Source: an uncultured Candidatus Finniella sp. (GTDB lineage Bacteria > Pseudomonadota > Alphaproteobacteria > Paracaedibacterales > CAITNM01). Taken from it: a stretch of DNA of 48,475 bases. Numbering within the stretch: the stretch's first letter is position 1; each line of letters starts with the position of its first letter. The notes below the pieces were generated by a model. The model had not been told where the DNA came from. It ran no database searches and saw only the letters and a list, made by a program, of their open reading frames with translations. A program made the translations under genes and the position numbers. Shown in pieces: positions 1 to 8,225 of the stretch. The stretch covers positions 1-48,475 of the forward strand of contig CAYUNR010000003.1 of NCBI GenBank assembly GCA_964446295.1. Direction: 5' to 3'.

Positions 1-61
1 ATGTAATCATGAATGTCCAGCTAAAGGCGCTTGCAATTAATGGAAATGCCATGGCTCCCCC

Positions 62-502
62 TTACAGTTTATAAAATATATGATGCCCAATTGTTGTGGT
101 GGGCGTTTGTCCCTTGGCCCAATAAGGTGCCGTAATTCTAGTGCTGTGGTAGTGGTTCGCCCCATTTGTACAATCAATCGTGCTATCAAACAGCACATTT
201 GTTGCCGCCAAAAAACACGCTCTATACACCTTGTCCTCAAAGCTTGTTTCCAATAGTGTTTTTCTGTTTGGATCATTCATATTCCAACAGGAAAACTGCC
301 ATGGTTGCATGCAAACTTTATGAATATAAGGGCTGAATTGCGCCATTTTTGTGCGGTTTTTAACCACCCAAGCAACTGCGTGCAAACTTTGCATTCCACC
401 TGCAGGGTGATTCAACTCTCCTCGTGCTTCCCCATAAATGGTGCGTGCCAAAATGTCTAAATCCCGTTCATGAATTTTAAGCATCAGTTCGTCTTCCATC
501 AA
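62..502 (-). CDS. Cell-wall hydrolase, SleB/CwlJ (Hydrolase_2) family; phage-type endolysin candidate
   Basis: 146-aa ORF. Motifs ARTIYGEARGE, AVAWVVKNR, WQFSCWN and ANHYHS..PYWA are those I associate with SleB-type cell-wall hydrolases. It overlaps the upstream ORF by 26 nt, suggesting an operon with two phage-like ORFs. Confidence 0.8.
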   Translation of the reverse strand: MMEDELMLKIHERDLDILARTIYGEARGELNHPAGGMQSLHAVAWVVKNRTKMAQFSPYIHKVCMQPWQFSCWNMNDPNRKTLLETSFEDKVYRACFLAATNVLFDSTIDCTNGANHYHSTRITAPYWAKGQTPTTTIGHHIFYKL

Positions 503-842
503 AAATTAAGGTCCAAAATATTGGTTCAAAAGTTTCACCGCTGGTGTGTAAAATCTGACATCCATAAAGTGCTTGGTTAAAATGCACCCAAGCCCCTTTT
601 TGGTATGGTGTATCTTTCTTCCATTCTCCTTTTAAAAGTGGTTGAAATTTTGGCAGCACAACGTGCGAAATCACCTCGCCATCTACTTTGAAAATCAGCA
701 CATCTTCTTGTTGTTCAACTGCAAGTACGGGCTTAATTGGCTGATCTTCCATCGTACTTATTCGCTGTTCAAGTTCACGAAAATTGGTATCAATTTCTAA
801 AATGCTAAGGGGCGCTCCCTTTTCAAGTCGGTAGGTAATCAT
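477..842 (-). CDS. Hypothetical phage-associated protein (possible tail-fibre or receptor-binding fragment)
   Basis: 121-aa ORF. ATGA stop/start overlap with 839..1549, and overlap with the hydrolase gene. The C-terminal W/Y/G-rich stretch (KGEWKKDTPYQKGAWVHFNQALYGC) is reminiscent of small carbohydrate-binding modules. No family recognised with certainty. Confidence 0.45.
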   Translation of the reverse strand: MITYRLEKGAPLSILEIDTNFRELEQRISTMEDQPIKPVLAVEQQEDVLIFKVDGEVISHVVLPKFQPLLKGEWKKDTPYQKGAWVHFNQALYGCQILHTSGETFEPIFWTLIFDGRRTDA

Positions 843-1549
843 AGGTCGTTCCTTTCACATAAAATGTCGATGAAATTTAAACTATCAGTGGCTTCAGCCC
901 GGCAACTAGAAAAGCAAAACTGCATGCCTTGCTGTTCTATAACCCATGAAAATTTACCGGTACTAAGTGCGCTAATTAAAGATGGTGCATTCACCAATGG
1001 AGGTTCAAAAACAACCTCATCACCATCCACCAAATGCTTTTTCCACGTGCTTAAACTGTTTACAAAAATGTCATTTTCATCATCAGCCACTTGTGCAAAT
1101 AATTGTTCAATTTCCAAAACATTCCCCACCAATGCGCCACATGGCCACAAATGAATGCCTTCATTTTTTCCATATAAAGTAGGGGCCACGGCAAAGCGGT
1201 GTTCATAAGCTTTCTGTTCTTTTAATAGGGTCCAGCATTTATCAATTTCATAGTCTTTTTGGGCGTATAAAATTTGTGTGCTTTCAAGTTTCACCGCTTG
1301 GCACCGACCCTGGCCTGACCAAATAAAATTATTCGTCCCGTGAAATACAGGCGTATCTACGCACGGTTCAAAATGAACCTTTGCCCTAATCCACAAGTGC
1401 TTTGGGGGCAGGGGCACATCTTCAAATACCGGCGTTATCAAATCAAAGCCGCCAATTGAAAAGTGCCCCATGTCAGAATTAACGTTGGAAGGCGTTACTA
1501 CCATCGCTTGGTTGAACGAATCTTGCCCTAATATTTTTGAACGAAACAT
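839..1549 (-). CDS. Hypothetical protein, first gene of a three-gene phage-like operon
   Basis: 236-aa ORF with no signal peptide. GGAGAGAAGCACC precedes the ATG as a Shine-Dalgarno (SD). Translationally coupled to the next ORF. No motif recognised. Confidence 0.5.
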   Translation of the reverse strand: MFRSKILGQDSFNQAMVVTPSNVNSDMGHFSIGGFDLITPVFEDVPLPPKHLWIRAKVHFEPCVDTPVFHGTNNFIWSGQGRCQAVKLESTQILYAQKDYEIDKCWTLLKEQKAYEHRFAVAPTLYGKNEGIHLWPCGALVGNVLEIEQLFAQVADDENDIFVNSLSTWKKHLVDGDEVVFEPPLVNAPSLISALSTGKFSWVIEQQGMQFCFSSCRAEATDSLNFIDILCERNDL

Positions 1550-1610
1550 GGTGCTTCTCTCCTGTTGTTACTGATTAAAAAAATTGGTGATTGGGGTTTC
1601 ATCTTCCTCC

Positions 1611-1768
1611 CTAGTTTTCCTATGGCTTGGACCTTGGATTCAGTCCTATACCATCCGGAAATTACTCATCTGGACCCTACGATCAAGTCGTAGGGAAACT
1701 GGAGAGAGGGTTGACGCCGACCCCGCAAAACCGTCATCGCGAAGCCTGAAAGGCTGTGGCGGTCCTGT
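1611..1768. repeat. Cluster of dispersed hairpin repeats (degenerate forward unit, inverted unit 1661-1700, GTCAT-box unit 1729-1761)
   Basis: 1675-1695 is the hairpin CCCTACGA-TCAAG-TCGTAGGG, also found at 43518-43538. 1729-1761 is an exact 33-nt inverted copy of 43686-43718. The 69-aa ORF 1584..1793 is read through these repeats. Confidence 0.85.
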
Positions 1769-1902
1769 GAATAATTCCAAACGTTTTAAATAAAAAATGA
1801 TTTAATAATTAATATATATTTAATAAACATTTAACTAAAATTTAATGCCCCCCCTGTAATATAAAACTTGCTATTCACATTTTTTAGTACAGGAAAATAC
1901 TC

Positions 1903-4599
1903 ATGAAAAAAAACACCATATTTAAGTACTGCGCATTCTTGGCTTTTGGGTTGGCGTTGTCTTCTAACCTTTGTGCTAGTTACGATGTGACAACCGTTGC
2001 CGGGAGTGCCATTTCATTTTCCGGTGATGGAGGCATTTCCACTGCTGCCAGGTTAAATAATCCCTTTGGGGTTTTTGTGCATAGCTCTGGCGATGTCTAT
2101 TTTTCAGACACTGCCAATAACCGTATTCGAAAAATTACAGCAAGTACCGGGTTTATTTCAACCATTGCAGGTACTGGAACAGCTGGTTTTAGTGGTGACG
2201 GTGCAGCTGCCACTGATGCTAACTTAAATAACCCTCAGAGCGTTTTTGTTGATAATTTAAACAATGTCTATTTCGCTGATACTAGCAATAATCGTATTCG
2301 AATGCTTATTGGTACTGCAGGTACTTATTTTGGTAGCTCTAGAACAGCCAATTTCATTTATACCATTGCTGGTATTGGAACAGCTGGTTCCACTGGTGAC
2401 AGTGCACTTGCAACAGCTGCTAGATTAAATAGTCCTCGTGGTGTTTTCGTTGATAGTTTAAACAACCTGTACATTGCAGATACTACCAATAATCGCATTC
2501 GAATGGTTGTTGGTACTGCAGGTACTTATTTTGGTAGTAGCCGAACAGCTAATTTCATTTATACTATCGCAGGAGGAAGTGTTACAACCGCAGGTTTTGC
2601 AGGTGATGGCGCGTCAGCCACTGCTGCTGCTGTTAGATTAAATAGCCCTCAGGGTGTTTTTGTTGATAGCTCAAACAACGTGTACATTGCAGATTCTACC
2701 AATAATCGTGTTCGAATGGTTGTTGGTACTGCAGGTACTTATTTTGGTAGTAGCCGAACAGCTAATTTCATTTACACCATTGCAGGTACTGGAACAGCTG
2801 GCTTCTTGGACGGCTCTGCAACATCAACAGCTATGTTAAGTGCCCCTCAAGGCGTTTCTGTTAATAGTACTGGCGATGTTTATATTGCTGATGGAAGCAA
2901 CGACCGTATTCGCATGCTTACTGCAAGTTCAAATGGTATATCAACCATTGCAGGAAGTGCTCTCAGAAGTTCAGCGTACGCTGATGGAGTTGGTTCTGCA
3001 GCACGCTTTAAAAGCCCAGGCATGATGTCAATTGATCTTTCTTCGGGCAATTTATTAGAACCAGATTCAGATAAGAATGTTCGAAAAATTACAACAGCTG
3101 GTGGAGTGTATACAGCATCTACTCTGTTTAATTACAACGTTGGGTCACCACCCGTGCAAGCCGTTTGTGTATACATAACAAGCAGTGGTGTATCTAGTGT
3201 GATAACCACTGATAATTACAGCCATCTCTATCAATGGATACAGTCGGGGGGGACCTATGTTAACAACTCATCGCTAGATGCCGTTTCTGGCCCAGCTTAC
3301 GATGGATACGGTCTTGTCGTTGATAGTAGCAATAATATTTTTATGACTGACTCAACGAAGCACATTATTTACAAGATACAACCTTCTGGAACGTATTCAG
3401 TATTTGCTGGAACCTATGGCACCTCTGGTGCTACAAACGGCACTCAAACAGGAGCTGGATCAAATTCAACTGCTGGTTCAGGAAGCACATTCAATGGTAT
3501 TTCCGGTGTTACTATTGATAGCTCTGGAAACCTTTATGTGTCAGATACTGGTAACAATACTATTCGCAAAATCACCTCTGCAGGTGTTGTAACCACTATT
3601 GCAGGAACAGCTGGAACATCTGGCTTTACTGATGCTGCAGGTTCTTCAGCACGATTCAATAGCCCTTGGGATATTGATATTGATGCAGCAGGTAACCTTT
3701 ACGTAGCAGACCGCGGTAACAACTTGATTCGTAAACTTACCAACAATAGTGGCACCTATACCGTATCAACCATTGCAGGTACTGCAGGATCATCTGGCTC
3801 TGCCGATGGCACAGGTGCAGCCGCTCGCTTTAATGCCCCTACTGGCCTTGCTGTTGATGCATTCGGGTATGTGTTTGTAACAGATACTGGAAACAATACT
3901 ATCCGCCGACTTGCCCCACCTTCTATGAGTATAGAAATAGAAGGTGCTGATAGCGCAACCGTATCCGCTCCAATTGCAAACGATGTGCACAAAACCGGAA
4001 CAGGTACCAGTGTATTATCTGGTGATAATTCTTCTTTGTTAAATTTATCTGTAGATGCTGGACTTGTGAAAGTAAGTGCGACTAATCATATGGGTAAATC
4101 AGTTTCTTTCAATGGTGGTAATATGGAAGTAACTAGCGGAACTATCGCAATTCCTGTAGTCGATACAAGAAGTGCAGCAACCATTACAACAGATAGTGGG
4201 GCCGCTGTTTCTTCAATTGCAGCACCTTATGGTACATCTTTGCTCACGATAGCTGGGCCTGGCGTAGTTACTGCTGGTAATATGAGTGCAAGCGCTACTC
4301 CACTTTCTATTCCTGGCGTTATGCATGTTGGGGCATCAAGTTCCAGCAAAATGCCTACAGGTGTTGCAACTGTACCAAGTGGTGGATTAGTAAAAATTAT
4401 GGGCAATACTGCATCTAGCGTTCCAGGCGACACTGAACTAGAAAGTGGTGCTGTTCTAGAAGTAGCTGACAGCGTTACAGTTCCTGCTCATACAGGCGCT
4501 GACATTTTCGGCACCTTGAAGTTTGATTCTGGTGCTTCGTTAAAACTAGGTGCTAGCTCAACTTGGGCACGTAATATATCAGTTGGTACTGCACTGTAG
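1903..4599 (+). CDS. Secreted NHL-repeat protein with autotransporter-passenger-like C-terminal region
   Basis: 898 aa with Sec-type leader MKKNTIFKYCAFLAFGLALSSNLCA. It has many copies of the NHL-type blade motif (SP.GVFVDS..N.Y.AD..NNRIR). The C-terminal ~270 aa are G/S/T/A/V-rich with beta-strand repeats (HKTGTGTSVLSGDNSSLLNLSVDAGLVKV). No beta-barrel domain is evident. Confidence 0.85.
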   Translation: MKKNTIFKYCAFLAFGLALSSNLCASYDVTTVAGSAISFSGDGGISTAARLNNPFGVFVHSSGDVYFSDTANNRIRKITASTGFISTIAGTGTAGFSGDGAAATDANLNNPQSVFVDNLNNVYFADTSNNRIRMLIGTAGTYFGSSRTANFIYTIAGIGTAGSTGDSALATAARLNSPRGVFVDSLNNLYIADTTNNRIRMVVGTAGTYFGSSRTANFIYTIAGGSVTTAGFAGDGASATAAAVRLNSPQGVFVDSSNNVYIADSTNNRVRMVVGTAGTYFGSSRTANFIYTIAGTGTAGFLDGSATSTAMLSAPQGVSVNSTGDVYIADGSNDRIRMLTASSNGISTIAGSALRSSAYADGVGSAARFKSPGMMSIDLSSGNLLEPDSDKNVRKITTAGGVYTASTLFNYNVGSPPVQAVCVYITSSGVSSVITTDNYSHLYQWIQSGGTYVNNSSLDAVSGPAYDGYGLVVDSSNNIFMTDSTKHIIYKIQPSGTYSVFAGTYGTSGATNGTQTGAGSNSTAGSGSTFNGISGVTIDSSGNLYVSDTGNNTIRKITSAGVVTTIAGTAGTSGFTDAAGSSARFNSPWDIDIDAAGNLYVADRGNNLIRKLTNNSGTYTVSTIAGTAGSSGSADGTGAAARFNAPTGLAVDAFGYVFVTDTGNNTIRRLAPPSMSIEIEGADSATVSAPIANDVHKTGTGTSVLSGDNSSLLNLSVDAGLVKVSATNHMGKSVSFNGGNMEVTSGTIAIPVVDTRSAATITTDSGAAVSSIAAPYGTSLLTIAGPGVVTAGNMSASATPLSIPGVMHVGASSSSKMPTGVATVPSGGLVKIMGNTASSVPGDTELESGAVLEVADSVTVPAHTGADIFGTLKFDSGASLKLGASSTWARNISVGTAL

Positions 4600-4604
4600 T
4601 ACTT

Positions 4605-4702
4605 ATTAAGTTTGGTTGGTCCCGCGGTCTAGGCCGTGGAATCCATCTACACTCCTTAGTTTCTCTATGGCTTGACCATAGAGTCCAGTCCTATAAAATC
4701 CA
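4605..4702. repeat. Two dispersed repeat units directly 3-prime of the NHL gene
   Basis: 4605-4639 is an exact 35-nt inverted copy of 45481-45515. 4658-4702 is a hairpin-family unit: AGTTT-CTCTATGG-CTTGA-CCATAGAG-TCCAGTCCTAT. Confidence 0.85.
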
Positions 4703-4716
4703 CTGAATAACATCAT

Positions 4717-6258
4717 TTATTTTCCTGGAACCTCAACAACCCCCAAGTTTTTCTCAAACCGCCGCACTAAAGGCCTATCGGTTCGCAAATCTTTCAATTC
4801 AATATGAATACTCGTTGGCACTTCTTGTAAAACAGCGTTCATATTATCGCGCACCGGGTATTGATTTTGTAAAAGGTGCTCTTCCTGTTCTTGCGCTGAA
4901 TTTTTTACAGCTATGTTGGCGATAATATCTTTAGGGTGCAGCTTCGGGTGCGCAATGCCAAGCAAACTATCGGCTGATTGTGTTTCATCATCCATATAAT
5001 TTTGGGGGTATTCACCAGCACTATCTGTTGTGCTATTTGCCAAATCACCACTTTGAATTGCGCAGCCTACCGTCACTTCTACACACCGCTGCAAGCCCTT
5101 AACTACATGGCGCACTTTGGTAATTTTGCCTTCAAATTTACCATCTGCTTTTAGTGAATCATCAACAGTTAAATATCGTCCTAAATTCCAGGGCAGGGTG
5201 CATAAAACATGTATGCATCTGGCTGATGCCCTAAGCTGAGTTTGCGCAATGCGGCTAGCATAATTTATAAATTCCGTACCTTGGCTTGTTTCAAAAAACA
5301 TCGCCTGTTCACTTTTTGGCAGCTCTATTGCAATGGGAATTTTTCGCAATCGGTGGTTTGTGAATCTATGTTGGCAATGGTTCAACTGTCCTTGAATCAC
5401 CATGTTTTCAACCCTGGGTTGGTTATACTGCCACCGAATTTTTAACGTTGTGTTGAAGTAATGAATTTTTGCCCGTATTTGCTTTTCTGCAGGTCCAGCA
5501 CAAATCTGTTTGGTGTGTGATTTTTCAACTCCTGCGGGCGTTCGGAAAATTGTTGAATGCTCAACTCGGTAACCACTTTGGCGCCGACCCAATCCCAGCC
5601 GCTGATCATTACCTGGCCAATGATTTGTCACCGAATTTGGCGTAAGCGTTGCCATGATTTTTTCAGGAAATGCCCGTGCAATATACGGTGATGCATTAAA
5701 TACGCCGCCCAAATGCTGCGTCCAATGTACTTTTAAATCAATAATCACACGCCCCAATGGCATGGAAATTTGCTGAATTTTAAACGATCTTTCAATGTAT
5801 TGACCGCTCACATCAACACACCTGTTTCCTTTAAAATAATCGCTTAAACCAATTTTTCCAGTGACCTTATTCCAATAAAAAAGTGCATTGCAACTTTCTA
5901 AATAATCACTCGGTTTTGGATCTTTCCTTTGAAAAAATACAGGGTTATATTCCAGCGATTTGTCAGCCAAAAGCGTTTTTAAATCCTCTTCAAAAGTGGG
6001 TGAAATTCCTAGCACTTCCACTTTTGTTAATCGTTGATGATGCTCAAATTGCCCTGAAACCACCCCCTGAAACAACAACGTCTCATCATCAAAAATTCCT
6101 AAATACGCACCATCAGGAGGTGCAAAATTCCCAACCACCAAACGTGCACTGGCCACGTGTCCTTCTTGGTGAGTAATGAAAAATTGCACTACATCCCATT
6201 TGCATAAACGGGCATTTGAAAAATCCCCCCAGGCGTTTGTAAAACAAAGTTTAAACAT
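4717..6258 (-). CDS. Hypothetical protein (513 aa), possibly phage-derived
   Basis: Long ORF. The track start is TTG at 6273, but the ATG at 6258 is preceded by AAGGAA 6 nt upstream, so I prefer 6258. No leader and no motif recognised. The phage origin is only a guess from neighbouring phage-like genes. Confidence 0.6.
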   Translation of the reverse strand: MFKLCFTNAWGDFSNARLCKWDVVQFFITHQEGHVASARLVVGNFAPPDGAYLGIFDDETLLFQGVVSGQFEHHQRLTKVEVLGISPTFEEDLKTLLADKSLEYNPVFFQRKDPKPSDYLESCNALFYWNKVTGKIGLSDYFKGNRCVDVSGQYIERSFKIQQISMPLGRVIIDLKVHWTQHLGGVFNASPYIARAFPEKIMATLTPNSVTNHWPGNDQRLGLGRRQSGYRVEHSTIFRTPAGVEKSHTKQICAGPAEKQIRAKIHYFNTTLKIRWQYNQPRVENMVIQGQLNHCQHRFTNHRLRKIPIAIELPKSEQAMFFETSQGTEFINYASRIAQTQLRASARCIHVLCTLPWNLGRYLTVDDSLKADGKFEGKITKVRHVVKGLQRCVEVTVGCAIQSGDLANSTTDSAGEYPQNYMDDETQSADSLLGIAHPKLHPKDIIANIAVKNSAQEQEEHLLQNQYPVRDNMNAVLQEVPTSIHIELKDLRTDRPLVRRFEKNLGVVEVPGK

Positions 6259-6276
6259 GGTTTTTTCCTTCAAATG

Positions 6277-6303
6277 AAAAAAACCGCAGTGAAAATACTG
6301 CGG
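6277..6303 (-). terminator. Rho-independent terminator of the LRR gene
   Basis: On the minus strand: CCGCAGT-ATTTTC-ACTGCGG followed by TTTTTTT, about 55 nt past the stop at 6357. Confidence 0.6.
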
Positions 6304-6356
6304 CTTGGGTTGGCTTCAGAAAAACCGTCATCCAGAGCCCTTTAGGGCGAAGAGAT

Positions 6357-7106
6357 TTAGTCCTGTGGTATATATGTCTTGCCATTCCTTCTGCGACTTG
6401 GGTCTAGGGATCCAGTATTTCGAAAATATTGAGAGATAATAGCCTCAGCATACTGTCTGCTTGGAGATGTACTGCCCTGCATTATTGCTAGCATTTGTTC
6501 ATATGTTAGGCCTAATTTGGGTACGAATTTTGGTTGTATTGCAGCGATCGGTGAAGGCTCAGGAGCTGTCGCGGCCACTGGCATTGCTATTGTTGCGCTT
6601 TCAAAACTAGGATTAACTCCTAAGCTTACTAGTGTTGCGTGCGTCGCAGAATCAGGTGCTGCATATTTTTTCACGCCTTCAGGGCACCCTTTTAAAAAGT
6701 TAGACCTTATAGTACTTATTTCATCCGGTAATCTAACTGATAATAGGTTAGGACAGTTCATCAAGAACTCTCTTTTAATTGTAGTAAGCCTATCCCCAAT
6801 AATATGTACATGTTGAATGTTTTGCAGGCCTTTTCCAAATCTTTCATCAATCTCGGTCGCCGTACCAAAATCTACCAACCATGTAAGCCCAGGGATTGAT
6901 ATAGAAATGGAAGCAATATCCTGTTTGTTATCTTTAAAATCTATTGGTGAAAGGCGAATGACTGTGCTACCTGGTGCACTACTGCCGCCACTTAGCAAAG
7001 ATCTTGCCTCATCAAGTGTTATTTCTGTTCCCACGTCAGTTTTACTATCAGAAGCTGCCGTAATGCCTGCCATTGCTAGCAATGCAATCATCAAAAATTT
7101 TTTCAT
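6357..7106 (-). CDS. Secreted leucine-rich-repeat (BspA-like LRR) protein
   Basis: 249 aa. The leader MKKFLMIALLAMAGITAASDSK resembles the leaders of the 16029-22192 family. The central segment IQHVHIIGDRLTTIKREFLMNCPNLLSVRLPDEISTIRSNFLKGCP fits the BspA-type LRR pattern (L.sv.lP..it.I....F..C). Confidence 0.6.
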   Translation of the reverse strand: MKKFLMIALLAMAGITAASDSKTDVGTEITLDEARSLLSGGSSAPGSTVIRLSPIDFKDNKQDIASISISIPGLTWLVDFGTATEIDERFGKGLQNIQHVHIIGDRLTTIKREFLMNCPNLLSVRLPDEISTIRSNFLKGCPEGVKKYAAPDSATHATLVSLGVNPSFESATIAMPVAATAPEPSPIAAIQPKFVPKLGLTYEQMLAIMQGSTSPSRQYAEAIISQYFRNTGSLDPSRRRNGKTYIPQD

Positions 7107-7256
7107 TTCATTATTCCTTAAAAAATAAATAATTAGTTGTTATAGATCTCATATGTGAATTATTTGTATAAAAGTCAAGTTATAAGTATAAAAATCATGG
7201 CTAATTCCTAAAAATGCCGCTACATTGCCAGTAGATTTTTAATTCACAAGTATAAA

Positions 7257-8174
7257 ATGACAACAACAACTTCTCCTGTTTCCAGTATTCCTATTTTCGG
7301 ATGGTTCGTCCGTCGTGGCTATTTGCAAGGTGTTTTTTGGGCACTAATGATCTGCCTAGTCAGTTCAACGAATGACGTATTAATGCGCTTTTTGGGAGAG
7401 CGTCTTCACGTTGTGCAAATCATGTTTTTCCGCTTTTTGTTTAGCACCATTGCCGTGCTACCACTTATGCTGCGTCATGAAAAAAATCTTTTCAAAACAG
7501 CGCAACCAAAGACACATGCATTACGTGCTATTGTTGGTGCGGTAGCCCTTGGGCTTTGCTGCCTTTCAGTGAACATTATGCCCTTGGCTGAAAATACGGC
7601 AATCATGTTTTGTGAACCATTATTCTTCCTACCAATGGCATACTTTTTACTAAAAGAAAAAGTTGATAAAAATCGCTGGATTGCAACACTTGTAGGTTTC
7701 TTTGGTTTGCTTGTAATTGTGCAACCAGGTATGGAAAGTTTCCGTATAACCGCGTTTGTACCTATGGGTGCGGCTATGTTGTTTGCTTACCTTTGTGTTA
7801 TGGCAAAACGGATGATTTCAACCGAGCACACCCTAACATTGTTGTTTTACTTTGGTTTGGGAACGTCAATTTTTGCTGGGTTGTTCTTACCATTCTTCTG
7901 GACTGCGCCAACCTTGCGCGAACTGGCATTCTTAGTTTTCTTAGGAATTGGTGCAAACCTTATTCAGGTATGCTTGTTCCGCGCCTATGCAGCGACCGAT
8001 GCTTCTGCCTTAGCACCATTCCGTTATACCGAATTTTTGTTTGCAGGAACGTTTGGCTTTTTGTTCTTCGGTCAAATTCCTGACCTTACAATTATTTTAG
8101 GAGCTGGCGTCATCGGCCTTAGCGCCTTTTATATTTCCTACATGGAAACAAAAAAAGAAAACGCTAAAAAGTAA
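7257..8174 (+). CDS. DMT-superfamily (EamA/RhaT) transporter
   Basis: 305 aa with about 10 hydrophobic segments in two similar halves, typical of EamA-domain permeases. Substrate unknown. Confidence 0.8.
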   Translation: MTTTTSPVSSIPIFGWFVRRGYLQGVFWALMICLVSSTNDVLMRFLGERLHVVQIMFFRFLFSTIAVLPLMLRHEKNLFKTAQPKTHALRAIVGAVALGLCCLSVNIMPLAENTAIMFCEPLFFLPMAYFLLKEKVDKNRWIATLVGFFGLLVIVQPGMESFRITAFVPMGAAMLFAYLCVMAKRMISTEHTLTLLFYFGLGTSIFAGLFLPFFWTAPTLRELAFLVFLGIGANLIQVCLFRAYAATDASALAPFRYTEFLFAGTFGFLFFGQIPDLTIILGAGVIGLSAFYISYMETKKENAKK

Positions 8175-8225
8175 TCCGATAAGATCAACTTTAGCGCTTT
8201 TCATTTTCTTTAAGTGAGCTCATCT

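Noticed and set aside
37-276. 79-aa ORF overlapping the SleB-type hydrolase in another frame
   Set aside because: It lies fully inside the motif-supported hydrolase gene on the same strand and has an implausible composition.
1584-1793. 69-aa ORF on the plus strand
   Set aside because: It reads straight through dispersed hairpin/GTCAT repeats that occur in both orientations elsewhere. It has no SD, and its composition is dictated by the repeats.
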